NCBI RefSeq assembly: GCF_000195955.2
Contig: NC_000962.3
Location: 480,001-512,000, forward strand
Source: Mycobacterium tuberculosis H37Rv
GTDB taxonomy: Bacteria > Actinomycetota > Actinomycetes > Mycobacteriales > Mycobacteriaceae
Reading direction: 5' to 3'
DNA: 32,000 bases
Positions 10,706 through 25,085 of the stretch are shown here, in pieces. The first letter of the stretch is position 1, and each line of letters starts with the position of its first letter. The notes under the pieces were generated by a model. It had not been told where the DNA came from, made no database searches, and saw nothing but the letters and a program-made list of their open reading frames with translations. Both the position numbers and the translations under genes were made by a program.

Positions 10706-10766
10706 GGGATATGGAGCGATCGCGAGCGCGGCGAAGCCGGGCGTGGCGGGTCGCGTTTATGGCATA
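10659..10766 (+). repeat. Two diverged tandem copies of a ~54-bp GC-rich unit
   Basis: Unit 1 (10659-10712) is GGAGCGAGCGCGAGCGCGGCAAGCCGGGTGCCGCGGGTCGCGACCATGGGATAT. Unit 2 (10713-10766) is GGAGCGATCGCGAGCGCGGCGAAGCCGGGCGTGGCGGGTCGCGTTTATGGCATA. Confidence 0.8.
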
Positions 10767-10782
10767 GGAGTAGAAAGAACTG

Positions 10783-11793
10783 GTGGCTGAACTGAAGCTA
10801 GGTTACAAAGCATCGGCCGAACAATTCGCACCGCGCGAGCTCGTCGAACTAGCCGTCGCCGCCGAAGCCCACGGCATGGACAGCGCGACCGTCAGCGACC
10901 ATTTTCAGCCTTGGCGCCACCAGGGCGGCCATGCCCCGTTCTCGCTGTCCTGGATGACCGCTGTCGGCGAACGTACCAACCGGCTGCTGCTGGGCACTTC
11001 GGTGCTGACCCCCACCTTCCGCTACAACCCCGCCGTCATCGCTCAGGCTTTCGCCACCATGGGATGCCTGTACCCGAACCGTGTTTTCCTTGGCGTGGGC
11101 ACCGGTGAGGCGCTGAACGAAATCGCCACCGGATACGAGGGCGCCTGGCCGGAGTTCAAGGAGCGGTTCGCCCGGCTGCGTGAATCGGTGGGGCTAATGC
11201 GGCAGCTGTGGAGCGGTGACCGCGTCGACTTTGACGGCGACTATTACCGGCTCAAGGGTGCCTCGATCTACGACGTGCCCGACGGGGGCGTGCCCGTCTA
11301 CATCGCCGCCGGCGGCCCGGCGGTGGCCAAGTACGCCGGCCGCGCCGGTGACGGCTTCATCTGTACGTCCGGCAAGGGCGAGGAGCTCTACACCGAGAAG
11401 CTGATGCCGGCGGTACGAGAAGGCGCCGCTGCCGCTGACCGATCCGTCGACGGCATCGACAAGATGATCGAAATCAAGATCTCCTACGACCCCGACCCGG
11501 AGCTGGCATTGAACAACACCCGGTTTTGGGCGCCGCTGTCGTTGACAGCTGAGCAGAAGCACAGCATCGACGACCCGATCGAGATGGAGAAGGCCGCCGA
11601 TGCGCTGCCAATCGAACAGATCGCCAAGCGCTGGATCGTGGCGTCGGACCCCGACGAAGCCGTCGAAAAGGTAGGTCAATACGTGACATGGGGCCTGAAC
11701 CACCTGGTATTTCACGCACCAGGACATGACCAGCGCCGGTTTCTGGAGCTCTTCCAGTCGGACCTGGCACCCAGGTTGCGGCGACTTGGCTGA
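10783..11793 (+). CDS. fgd1: F420-dependent glucose-6-phosphate dehydrogenase (336 aa, GTG start)
   Basis: Luciferase-like F420 enzyme: [44 protein letters not shown]...[10 protein letters not shown]. The length and the pta neighbour fit. Confidence 0.96.
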   Translation: MAELKLGYKASAEQFAPRELVELAVAAEAHGMDSATVSDHFQPWRHQGGHAPFSLSWMTAVGERTNRLLLGTSVLTPTFRYNPAVIAQAFATMGCLYPNRVFLGVGTGEALNEIATGYEGAWPEFKERFARLRESVGLMRQLWSGDRVDFDGDYYRLKGASIYDVPDGGVPVYIAAGGPAVAKYAGRAGDGFICTSGKGEELYTEKLMPAVREGAAAADRSVDGIDKMIEIKISYDPDPELALNNTRFWAPLSLTAEQKHSIDDPIEMEKAADALPIEQIAKRWIVASDPDEAVEKVGQYVTWGLNHLVFHAPGHDQRRFLELFQSDLAPRLRRLG

Positions 11794-13858
11794 CTCCTCG
11801 GCGATCTACCTCGCCGCACCAGAATCGCAGACGGGTAAGTCGACGATTGCACTGGGGCTTTTGCACCGACTGACCGCGATGGTCGCCAAAGTCGGTGTGT
11901 TCCGGCCGATTACGCGGCTCTCTGCGGAGCGGGACTACATCCTGGAACTACTGCTCGCGCACACCAGTGCGGGCCTGCCCTATGAGCGGTGTGTTGGCGT
12001 GACCTACCAGCAGCTGCATGCTGACCGCGACGACGCGATCGCCGAAATTGTCGATTCGTATCACGCAATGGCCGACGAGTGTGACGCGGTGGTGGTCGTC
12101 GGCAGTGACTACACCGACGTCACCAGCCCCACCGAGCTCTCGGTCAACGGCCGGATCGCGGTGAACCTCGGCGCGCCAGTGTTGTTGACGGTTCGGGCGA
12201 AGGACCGCACCCCCGATCAGGTCGCCAGCGTCGTCGAGGTCTGCTTGGCCGAGCTGGACACCCAGCGCGCTCATACCGCGGCGGTAGTGGCGAACCGGTG
12301 CGAGCTGTCCGCGATACCGGCCGTGACCGACGCGCTGCGCAGGTTCACCCCGCCTAGCTATGTAGTGCCCGAGGAACCACTGCTGTCGGCGCCGACCGTT
12401 GCCGAGTTAACGCAGGCTGTGAACGGGGCGGTGGTAAGCGGTGATGTTGCGCTGCGCGAACGTGAGGTGATGGGCGTGCTGGCCGCGGGTATGACCGCCG
12501 ACCATGTGTTGGAGCGGCTGACCGATGGCATGGCGGTGATTACTCCCGGCGACCGCTCGGACGTGGTGTTGGCCGTCGCTAGCGCCCATGCGGCCGAAGG
12601 GTTTCCGTCATTGTCATGCATCGTCCTCAATGGCGGGTTCCAGTTGCATCCGGCGATCGCCGCCCTGGTTTCCGGCCTGCGATTGCGGTTACCTGTCATC
12701 GCCACCGCGTTGGGCACCTACGACACCGCCAGCGCTGCCGCGTCGGCCCGCGGGCTGGTAACGGCGACGTCGCAACGCAAGATCGACACCGCGTTGGAGC
12801 TGATGGACCGCCACGTGGACGTCGCCGGTCTATTGGCGCAGCTGACCATTCCCATCCCTACGGTCACTACACCACAGATGTTCACTTATCGGCTGCTGCA
12901 GCAGGCCCGTTCGGACCTCATGCGCATCGTCCTTCCCGAAGGGGACGACGATCGCATCCTCAAATCGGCGGGCCGCCTGCTTCAGCGCGGCATCGTCGAC
13001 CTGACCATCCTGGGCGATGAAGCCAAAGTCCGTCTGCGGGCAGCGGAACTCGGTGTGGACCTGGACGGCGCCACGGTAATCGAGCCATGCGCAAGCGAAC
13101 TGCACGATCAATTCGCCGACCAGTATGCGCAGTTGCGTAAGGCGAAGGGAATCACCGTGGAGCATGCCCGCGAAATCATGAACGATGCCACATATTTCGG
13201 CACCATGCTGGTGCACAACTGTCATGCCGACGGCATGGTATCGGGTGCTGCTCACACCACGGCGCACACCGTTCGTCCGGCGCTGGAGATCATCAAGACC
13301 GTTCCGGGCATATCCACCGTGTCCAGCATTTTCCTGATGTGTCTGCCGGATCGGGTACTGGCGTACGGCGACTGCGCGATCATCCCGAACCCGACGGTGG
13401 AGCAGCTCGCTGATATCGCCATCTGCTCGGCACGCACCGCCGCACAGTTCGGCATCGAGCCCCGGGTGGCCATGCTGTCCTACTCCACCGGTGACTCGGG
13501 GAAAGGTGCCGACGTCGACAAGGTCAGAGCGGCAACGGAGTTGGTGCGCGCTCGGGAGCCGCAGCTGCCGGTCGAGGGTCCCATTCAATACGACGCCGCA
13601 GTGGAACCGTCGGTCGCGGCCACCAAGTTGCGCGATTCGCCGGTGGCCGGCCGCGCGACGGTGCTGATCTTCCCCGATCTCAATACCGGCAACAACACCT
13701 ACAAAGCGGTGCAGCGTTCTGCGGGTGCGATCGCGATCGGCCCGGTGCTGCAGGGCTTACGCAAGCCGGTGAACGACCTATCTCGGGGTGCACTGGTCGA
13801 CGACATAGTCAACACCGTGGCCATCACGGCGATTCAGGCGCAGGGCGTCCATGAGTAG
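11786..13858 (+). CDS. pta: Phosphate acetyltransferase (690 aa, TTG start)
   Basis: N-terminal dethiobiotin-synthetase-like domain ([14 protein letters not shown]), DRTGG-type middle domain and C-terminal PTA_PTB domain ([13 protein letters not shown]). It overlaps fgd1 by 8 nt and ackA by 8 nt. Confidence 0.95.
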   Translation: MADSSAIYLAAPESQTGKSTIALGLLHRLTAMVAKVGVFRPITRLSAERDYILELLLAHTSAGLPYERCVGVTYQQLHADRDDAIAEIVDSYHAMADECDAVVVVGSDYTDVTSPTELSVNGRIAVNLGAPVLLTVRAKDRTPDQVASVVEVCLAELDTQRAHTAAVVANRCELSAIPAVTDALRRFTPPSYVVPEEPLLSAPTVAELTQAVNGAVVSGDVALREREVMGVLAAGMTADHVLERLTDGMAVITPGDRSDVVLAVASAHAAEGFPSLSCIVLNGGFQLHPAIAALVSGLRLRLPVIATALGTYDTASAAASARGLVTATSQRKIDTALELMDRHVDVAGLLAQLTIPIPTVTTPQMFTYRLLQQARSDLMRIVLPEGDDDRILKSAGRLLQRGIVDLTILGDEAKVRLRAAELGVDLDGATVIEPCASELHDQFADQYAQLRKAKGITVEHAREIMNDATYFGTMLVHNCHADGMVSGAAHTTAHTVRPALEIIKTVPGISTVSSIFLMCLPDRVLAYGDCAIIPNPTVEQLADIAICSARTAAQFGIEPRVAMLSYSTGDSGKGADVDKVRAATELVRAREPQLPVEGPIQYDAAVEPSVAATKLRDSPVAGRATVLIFPDLNTGNNTYKAVQRSAGAIAIGPVLQGLRKPVNDLSRGALVDDIVNTVAITAIQAQGVHE

Positions 13859-15008
13859 CACCGTGCTGGTGATCAATTCCGGCTCGTCGTCGCTGAAGTT
13901 CCAGCTCGTCGAGCCGGTCGCCGGCATGTCACGTGCCGCCGGGATTGTCGAGCGGATCGGCGAGCGGTCATCCCCGGTTGCCGATCACGCCCAGGCGCTG
14001 CATCGCGCATTCAAGATGTTGGCCGAGGACGGAATTGACCTGCAGACCTGCGGGCTGGTGGCGGTCGGACACCGGGTGGTCCACGGCGGCACGGAGTTTC
14101 ACCAGCCGACGCTGCTGGATGACACGGTGATCGGCAAGCTTGAGGAGCTGTCGGCGCTGGCCCCGTTGCACAACCCGCCGGCGGTACTGGGCATCAAGGT
14201 GGCACGCAGATTGCTGGCCAATGTCGCGCACGTCGCGGTGTTCGATACGGCCTTTTTCCATGACTTGCCCCCGGCGGCCGCGACCTATGCCATCGACCGC
14301 GACGTCGCCGACAGATGGCATATCCGCCGCTACGGATTTCATGGCACTTCACACCAATACGTCAGCGAGCGGGCCGCCGCCTTCCTGGGCCGCCCGCTCG
14401 ACGGTTTGAATCAGATTGTGCTGCATCTGGGTAACGGTGCCTCCGCCTCGGCGATTGCCCGCGGCCGGCCGGTGGAAACGTCGATGGGCCTGACACCGCT
14501 TGAGGGCTTGGTGATGGGCACCCGCAGTGGCGACCTGGACCCGGGCGTCATCAGCTACTTGTGGCGCACCGCGAGGATGGGTGTCGAGGACATCGAATCG
14601 ATGCTCAACCATCGGTCCGGGATGTTGGGGTTGGCGGGGGAGCGGGATTTTCGCCGTCTACGACTAGTGATCGAAACCGGGGACAGGTCAGCACAATTGG
14701 CGTATGAGGTGTTCATCCACCGGTTGCGCAAGTACCTTGGTGCCTATCTGGCGGTGTTGGGCCACACCGATGTGGTGAGCTTTACCGCCGGGATCGGCGA
14801 AAACGATGCGGCGGTGCGGCGGGACGCGTTGGCTGGCCTTCAGGGGCTAGGTATCGCACTCGACCAAGACCGCAACCTGGGCCCGGGGCACGGCGCCCGG
14901 CGGATTTCGTCAGACGATTCACCGATCGCCGTGCTGGTGGTTCCCACGAATGAAGAACTGGCCATCGCCCGCGATTGCCTGAGGGTGCTGGGCGGACGCC
15001 GAGCGTGA
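13851..15008 (+). CDS. ackA: Acetate kinase (385 aa)
   Basis: [38 protein letters not shown] and [13 protein letters not shown]. Confidence 0.97.
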   Translation: MSSTVLVINSGSSSLKFQLVEPVAGMSRAAGIVERIGERSSPVADHAQALHRAFKMLAEDGIDLQTCGLVAVGHRVVHGGTEFHQPTLLDDTVIGKLEELSALAPLHNPPAVLGIKVARRLLANVAHVAVFDTAFFHDLPPAAATYAIDRDVADRWHIRRYGFHGTSHQYVSERAAAFLGRPLDGLNQIVLHLGNGASASAIARGRPVETSMGLTPLEGLVMGTRSGDLDPGVISYLWRTARMGVEDIESMLNHRSGMLGLAGERDFRRLRLVIETGDRSAQLAYEVFIHRLRKYLGAYLAVLGHTDVVSFTAGIGENDAAVRRDALAGLQGLGIALDQDRNLGPGHGARRISSDDSPIAVLVVPTNEELAIARDCLRVLGGRRA

Positions 15009-15050
15009 ATCATACGACAGCCCGCCGGCGTGTCGCGTCGTGCGATTCAC
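15005..15050. terminator. Long imperfect hairpin between convergent ackA and pknG, possibly bidirectional
   Basis: GTGAATCATACGAC (15005-15018) pairs with GTCGTGCGATTCAC (15037-15050), apart from one G-U and one mismatch. The 18-nt loop region is GC-rich and there is no U-tract. Confidence 0.55.
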
Positions 15051-15061
15051 ACTCGGGCGGC

Positions 15062-18299
<3,238 letters not shown>

Positions 18300-18300
<1 letters not shown>

Positions 18301-19619
18301 CACCGATACTCTTTCAGCCGGGGCCACAGGCCGAGCGCGACGGCAATGGCGGCACCTAAGCTGAGCACCACGCCGCCCACCTGCGCGCCTGCCAGCCCGC
18401 GATGCGCATTGAGGATGTCGTGGCGCAGTTGGGTGCGGCTTTGTCCCATGGCTTTGGTCAGTGCTTCGTCGAGCTTGTCGAATGCGGGGGTAGCATCGTC
18501 CTCGCCTTTACCCAGTGCCACCTGAGTGGCAGCCCGATAGTTGCCGACGGAGATGTCGGAATTGATCCGGTCGTTGGCCTGCCGCCAGCGCACCAACAGC
18601 TGGTCGGCGCCCTGCAGATCGGGTTTGTCGACGGCGTGGCGGCGGGCCATGTAGTCGTTGAGCTGGCGTTGCATGGCGTCGATGCGCTGATAGAAGGCCT
18701 GCTTGCGGACCTCTTCGTCGCCGCGCCGGATCAGCGACAGTGTCTCGTCGGCCCGTGCCTGTTGGGCGGTGATCGCCAGGTTGGTGATGGTCTTGAGTGA
18801 CTCAGCCGCGGTATCTTTCGCGCTACGGCTGGCCGTTGTAGAGATGGTCAGCGCAGTTCCCACCCACACCACCATGACGAGAATACCGAGCGCGCCCACG
18901 ACAAGACCGGGGTTAATCCGTCGCCTGGTGCGCCGGGCCAGCCAGCGATGTGCGAACGCACCGAAGACCACGGTGGTGGCGACCACCAGGATCACCGGGG
19001 CCGGGATCTGGGTCGACGCGGTGGTTTCCCGATCTACCCGTGCTGATGTCGCCTGGTAGAGCCGTTGCGCGTCGGGCAGGATCGTCGATTGCATCAGCCC
19101 CGACGCCTCTGACAGATATGACGACCCGACCGGGTTGCCCGCCCGGTTGTTGGCGCGGGCGATCTCGACCAGGCCGGTGTAGACGGCCAATTCGGCGTTG
19201 ATCCGGCCCAGCAATTGCACCAACGATTCGTCGGTGAGCCCGCTCGAGGCCCGGGTTACCGCTACCGAGGCATCGGTAATGGCCTGCTCGTAGCGCAGCC
19301 GAACGCCGCCCGGCTCGGCTTGGGCTATGAACGCGGTGGCGGCCGCGGCATCAGCCACCGACAGCGTGGTGTACAGCCGTCCAGCCGCGAACGACAGCGG
19401 CTCGGTGTGGTCGAGCACCGCGGTCAACACCTGCTGCCGGTGTTCGATGGTGGTGGAGGTAGCGAAGGCGCTGGCCACGCCGAGAGCCGCCAACACGATG
19501 CCGATCGTCATGATTCGGCCGGGTGTCGTCGAGATGAACCACCGCCGGGGATGTGCCGGTTCGGCGGGCGAGCGTGATCCCAGCGGCTCGGTCGACGGGT
19601 GCGCCAGCTCAACCGTCAC
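18300..19619 (-). CDS. Multi-pass membrane protein with an extracytoplasmic helical domain (439 aa, GlnX/Rv0412c-like)
   Basis: TM segment IMTIGIVLAALGVASAF, then a long soluble domain, then further TM helices. It forms an operon with glnH and pknG. Confidence 0.85.
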
Positions 19620-19712
19620 GTCTGTTAGGACCTCATCTTTCGGCTAACGCAACGAAACTCTATAAGCGAATTCTAAGAGAAGGTTCCGACAGATGGTGTT
19701 AGGCATACGCAA

Positions 19713-20366
19713 TTGCCCAGTTGCCCGCCTGCATATTCTGAACAGGTGCGGGGCGACGGTGACGGATGGGTGGTGTCCGACAGCGGCGTTGCGTACTGGG
19801 GCCGCTACGGTGCGGCCGGTCTGTTGCTTCGGGCTCCGCGGCCGGACGGCACCCCCGCGGTGCTGCTGCAGCACCGCGCGCTGTGGAGCCATCAGGGCGG
19901 CACCTGGGGCTTGCCGGGCGGTGCTCGAGACAGCCACGAGACGCCGGAACAGACCGCGGTCCGCGAATCGAGCGAGGAGGCGGGCCTGTCCGCCGAGCGA
20001 CTCGAGGTGCGGGCCACGGTGGTCACCGCCGAGGTGTGCGGGGTCGACGACACGCACTGGACCTACACCACCGTTGTCGCCGATGCCGGGGAGTTGCTGG
20101 ACACCGTGCCCAACCGGGAAAGCGCCGAACTGCGCTGGGTGGCCGAGAACGAGGTGGCCGACTTGCCGTTACATCCCGGATTCGCCGCCAGTTGGCAACG
20201 ACTGCGGACCGCTCCGGCGACCGTGCCACTGGCCCGGTGCGACGAACGGCGGCAGCGGCTGCCGCGCACCATTCAGATCGAGGCCGGGGTTTTCCTCTGG
20301 TGTACGCCGGGCGACGCGGATCAGGCGCCCTCGCCGCTGGGTAGGCGGATCAGTTCGCTGCTGTAA
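19713..20366 (+). CDS. mutT3: Nudix (MutT-type) hydrolase (217 aa, TTG start)
   Basis: Nudix box [24 protein letters not shown]. Position and length fit Rv0413. Confidence 0.93.
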
Positions 20367-21018
20367 GCGCCGACCGGAGCTGCTCGGCCGCCGCACGTGG
20401 GTCGTCAGCCGAGGTGATCGCCCGCACCACCACGATCCGGCGAGCGCCGGCATCGAGCACGGCCGGCAGCCGTTGCGCGTTGATGCCGCCGATAGCGAAC
20501 CACGGCTTGTCGTCGCCGCCGAGTTCGGCGGCGACCCGTACCAGCCCCAGACCCGGCGCCGCACGGCCAGGCTTGGTCGGTGTCGGCCAACATGGTCCGA
20601 CACAGAAATAGTCGGCGTCGCCGGCGGCGGCCGCAGCAACCTGGTCGGGGTCGTGGGTGGACCGGCCGATGAGGGTATCCGGTGCCAGGATCTGTCGTGC
20701 GACGTTCACGGGCAGGTCGCGTTGACCCAGATGCAGCACGTCGGCGCCGGCCGCGCGGGCAATATCGGCGCGGTCGTTGACCGCGAATAGGGCGCCGTAC
20801 CGGTGCGCTGCGTCGGCCAGGATCTCGCAGGCGGCCAGTTCGTCACGCGCCTGTAGCGGGCCGAACCGCAGCTCACCGGGTGAGCCCTTGTCGCGCAACT
20901 GGATGATGTCCACTCCGCCGGCCAGGGCGGCCTCGGCGAACTGAGCCAAGTCGCCGCGTTCCCGACGGGCGTCGGTGCACAGATACAGCCTTGCCGATGC
21001 CAGACGGGATTCGTGCAC
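20350..21018 (-). CDS. thiE: Thiamine-phosphate synthase (222 aa)
   Basis: [43 protein letters not shown] and [13 protein letters not shown]. Confidence 0.95.
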
Positions 21019-21024
21019 ATCGTG

Positions 21025-21042
21025 ACGCTAGCGCGCTAGCGT
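21025..21042. promoter_or_regulatory. 18-bp perfect palindrome containing back-to-back TAGCGT -10-like hexamers
   Basis: ACGCTAGCGCGCTAGCGT is its own reverse complement. TAGCGT occurs on + at 21037-21042 and on - at 21030-21025. Confidence 0.6.
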
Positions 21043-21050
21043 GGAACCCT

Positions 21051-21141
21051 GTAGACACGGGAGTCCCGGGAGCGGGGTCTGAGAGTGGGCGCGCCTGCCC
21101 TTACCGTCACACCTGATCCGGATCATGCCGGCGAAGGGAGG
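21051..21141 (+). promoter_or_regulatory. TPP riboswitch (THI element) upstream of thiO-thiS-thiG
   Basis: Conserved core GGGGTCTGAGAG...CCCTTACCG...ACCTGATCCGGATCATGCCGGCGAAGGGAGG. Confidence 0.96.
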
Positions 21142-21147
21142 TCAAGG

Positions 21148-22166
21148 ATGGCGTCCGACCTACACACCGGGTCGCTGGCTGTCATCGGCGGCGGTGTCAT
21201 CGGGCTGTCGGTGGCCCGCCGTGCCGCCCAAGCCGGCTGGCCGGTGCGGGTGCACCGCAGCGACGAGCGGGGGGCGTCCTGGGTTGCCGGCGGCATGCTG
21301 GCCCCACACAGCGAAGGCTGGCCCGGCGAGGAACGGTTGTTGCGGCTAGGCCTGCAGTCCCTGCGGCTTTGGCGTGAGGGCAGCTTTCTCGACGGGCTGG
21401 GCCCGCAACTGGTCACCGCGCACGAGTCGCTGGTGGTGGCCGTCGACCGGGCCGACGTCGCCGACCTGCGCACTGTCGCGGACTGGTTGTCCGCACAGGG
21501 GCACCCGGTGATCTGGGAGTCGGCTGCCCGTGACGTCGAACCCCTACTGGCGCAAGGCATCCGGCACGGGTTTCGGGCGCCCACCGAACTGGCCGTCGAC
21601 AACCGCGCCCTGCTCGACGCGCTGTGCCGTGACTGCGAGCGACTCGGAGTTCGCTGGAGCTCACAGGTGAGCAGCCTGTCCGACGTCGATGCGCACACGG
21701 TGGTGATCGCCAACGGCATTGACGCCCCGGCCTTGTGGCCCGGCCTGCCGATACGCCCGGTGAAGGGTGAGGTGCTGCGGCTGCGATGGCGACCAGGTTG
21801 TATGCCCTTGCCGCAGAGAGTGATTCGTGCCCGTGTGCGTGGACGACAGGTCTATCTGGTGCCACGTTCGGACGGGGTGGTCGTCGGCGCCACCCAATAC
21901 GAGCACGGGCGCGACACCGCGCCGGTGGTATCGGGAGTTCGTGACCTGCTAGACGATGCGTGTACCGTGCTGCCGGCGCTGGGTGAGTACGAGCTGGCCG
22001 AGTGTGAGGCCGGACTGCGCCCGATGACACCCGACAACTTGCCGCTGGTCCAACGCCTGGATTCGCGGACCCTGGTCGCGGCCGGTCACGGCCGATCCGG
22101 ATTCCTATTGGCGCCGTGGACTGCCGAACAGATTGTGTCCGAACTCGTTTCGGTTGGGGCCGCCTC

Positions 22167-22170
<4 letters not shown>
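21148..22170 (+). CDS. thiO: Glycine oxidase / FAD-dependent oxidoreductase ThiO (340 aa)
   Basis: GSLAVIGGGVIGLSVARRAAQAGWPVRVH dinucleotide-binding motif and C-terminal LVAAGHGRSGFLLAPWTAE. It lies between the riboswitch and thiS. Confidence 0.94.
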
Positions 22171-23124
<954 letters not shown>

Positions 23125-23133
23125 CCAAAACGG

Positions 23134-23439
23134 TGAAGCCACGGGGTGCGGGCGGCCCGCTACCGGTCCGATTGCCCCGGATGTGGCAGCTTGCGCATAC
23201 AGTGCAGCCTTATACACGCCGACCTGTTGGCTGCCGCCGACTACAACGTTGTGGGATTGGCGGCGGCGGTGCTATCGGTGTGGGCCTACTTGGCGTAGAC
23301 CTATGGCCGACTGGTGGGACGACGAGTCCGGAGTTGGCAGCACCATCGCCAGTGTTCCGTAGCGGCATTGTCGCTGGTAGTGCTTTGGTTTGTGCTGTGT
23401 AACCTCCGGTTTAGGCCATTCAACGCTCTGTTCGTTTGA
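23134..23439 (+). pseudogene. Degraded DUF2752-like membrane protein gene (5' truncated, in-frame TAG)
   Basis: The frame from 23164 reads RSDCPGCGSLRIQCSLIHADLLAAADYNVVGLAAAVLSVWAYLA*TYGRLVGRRVRSWQHHRQCSVAALSLVVLWFVLCNLRFRPFNALFV*. The in-frame TAG is at 23296-23298 and the terminal TGA at 23437-23439. Confidence 0.75.
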
Positions 23440-23482
23440 TTGGTCGGTGGGATGCGAAAGCTGCGCGGCGACAGGCGCGGTC

Positions 23483-23488
23483 TAATCT
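23483..23488 (+). promoter_or_regulatory. Putative -10 (TAATCT) giving a leaderless lpqL mRNA
   Basis: TAATCT is followed by 7 nt (GGGCGCG) and then the ATG at 23496. Confidence 0.5.
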
Positions 23489-23495
23489 GGGCGCG

Positions 23496-24998
23496 ATGGT
23501 GAACAAATCCAGGATGATGCCGGCGGTGCTGGCCGTGGCTGTGGTCGTCGCATTCCTGACGACGGGCTGTATCCGGTGGTCTACGCAGTCGCGGCCCGTT
23601 GTTAACGGCCCCGCTGCCGCAGAGTTCGCCGTTGCGTTGCGCAACCGGGTGAGCACCGACGCGATGATGGCGCACCTATCGAAACTGCAGGACATCGCCA
23701 ACGCCAACGACGGCACTCGCGCGGTGGGCACCCCTGGCTATCAGGCCAGCGTCGACTATGTGGTAAACACACTGCGCAACAGCGGTTTTGATGTGCAAAC
23801 CCCGGAGTTCTCCGCTCGCGTGTTCAAGGCCGAAAAAGGGGTGGTGACCCTCGGCGGCAACACCGTGGAGGCGAGGGCGCTCGAGTACAGCCTCGGCACA
23901 CCGCCGGACGGGGTGACGGGCCCGCTGGTGGCTGCCCCCGCCGACGACAGTCCGGGCTGCAGTCCGTCGGACTACGACAGGCTGCCGGTGTCCGGTGCGG
24001 TGGTGCTGGTAGATCGCGGCGTCTGTCCTTTTGCCCAGAAGGAAGACGCAGCCGCGCAGCGCGGTGCGGTGGCGCTGATCATTGCTGACAACATCGACGA
24101 GCAGGCGATGGGCGGCACCCTGGGGGCTAATACCGACGTCAAGATCCCGGTGGTGAGTGTCACCAAGTCGGTCGGATTCCAGCTACGCGGACAGTCTGGG
24201 CCAACCACCGTCAAGCTCACGGCGAGCACCCAAAGTTTCAAGGCCCGCAACGTCATCGCGCAGACGAAGACGGGGTCGTCGGCCAACGTGGTGATGGCAG
24301 GTGCGCATTTGGACAGCGTTCCGGAAGGACCCGGCATCAACGACAACGGCTCGGGAGTGGCTGCGGTTCTGGAAACGGCAGTGCAGCTGGGGAACTCACC
24401 GCATGTGTCCAACGCGGTACGGTTCGCCTTCTGGGGCGCCGAGGAATTCGGCCTGATTGGGTCACGAAACTACGTCGAGTCGCTGGACATCGACGCGCTC
24501 AAAGGCATCGCGCTGTATCTGAACTTCGACATGTTGGCGTCGCCGAACCCGGGTTACTTCACCTACGACGGTGACCAGTCGCTGCCGCTAGACGCCCGCG
24601 GTCAGCCGGTGGTGCCCGAAGGCTCGGCCGGTATCGAGCGCACGTTCGTCGCCTATCTGAAGATGGCCGGCAAGACCGCGCAGGACACCTCGTTCGACGG
24701 TCGGTCCGACTACGACGGCTTCACGCTGGCGGGTATCCCTTCGGGTGGCCTGTTCTCCGGCGCTGAGGTCAAGAAGTCCGCCGAGCAAGCCGAGCTCTGG
24801 GGCGGCACCGCCGACGAGCCTTTCGATCCCAACTATCACCAGAAGACAGACACCCTGGACCATATCGACCGCACCGCGCTCGGTATCAACGGCGCTGGCG
24901 TCGCGTACGCGGTGGGTTTGTATGCGCAGGACCTCGGCGGCCCCAACGGGGTTCCGGTCATGGCGGACCGCACCCGCCACCTGATTGCCAAACCGTGA
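23496..24998 (+). CDS. lpqL: Lipoprotein aminopeptidase, M28 family with PA domain (500 aa)
   Basis: Lipobox VVAFLTTGC, PA domain GAVVLVDRGVCPFAQKEDAAAQRGAVALIIADN, M28 motifs AGAHLDSVPEGPGINDNGSGVAAVLE and WGAEEFGLIGS. Confidence 0.93.
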   Translation: MVNKSRMMPAVLAVAVVVAFLTTGCIRWSTQSRPVVNGPAAAEFAVALRNRVSTDAMMAHLSKLQDIANANDGTRAVGTPGYQASVDYVVNTLRNSGFDVQTPEFSARVFKAEKGVVTLGGNTVEARALEYSLGTPPDGVTGPLVAAPADDSPGCSPSDYDRLPVSGAVVLVDRGVCPFAQKEDAAAQRGAVALIIADNIDEQAMGGTLGANTDVKIPVVSVTKSVGFQLRGQSGPTTVKLTASTQSFKARNVIAQTKTGSSANVVMAGAHLDSVPEGPGINDNGSGVAAVLETAVQLGNSPHVSNAVRFAFWGAEEFGLIGSRNYVESLDIDALKGIALYLNFDMLASPNPGYFTYDGDQSLPLDARGQPVVPEGSAGIERTFVAYLKMAGKTAQDTSFDGRSDYDGFTLAGIPSGGLFSGAEVKKSAEQAELWGGTADEPFDPNYHQKTDTLDHIDRTALGINGAGVAYAVGLYAQDLGGPNGVPVMADRTRHLIAKP

Positions 24999-25085
24999 TC
25001 CGGGCCTGATCTCGCCACTGACCCCGCACCGACCGATCTAGAATGGGATTTCCTTGGTGCATGCCGGGCGGGACGGGGTTAGGAG

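Noticed and set aside
12830-13588. 252-aa antisense ORF opposite pta
   Set aside because: The plus strand encodes conserved phosphotransacetylase motifs, and the antisense product matches nothing recognisable.
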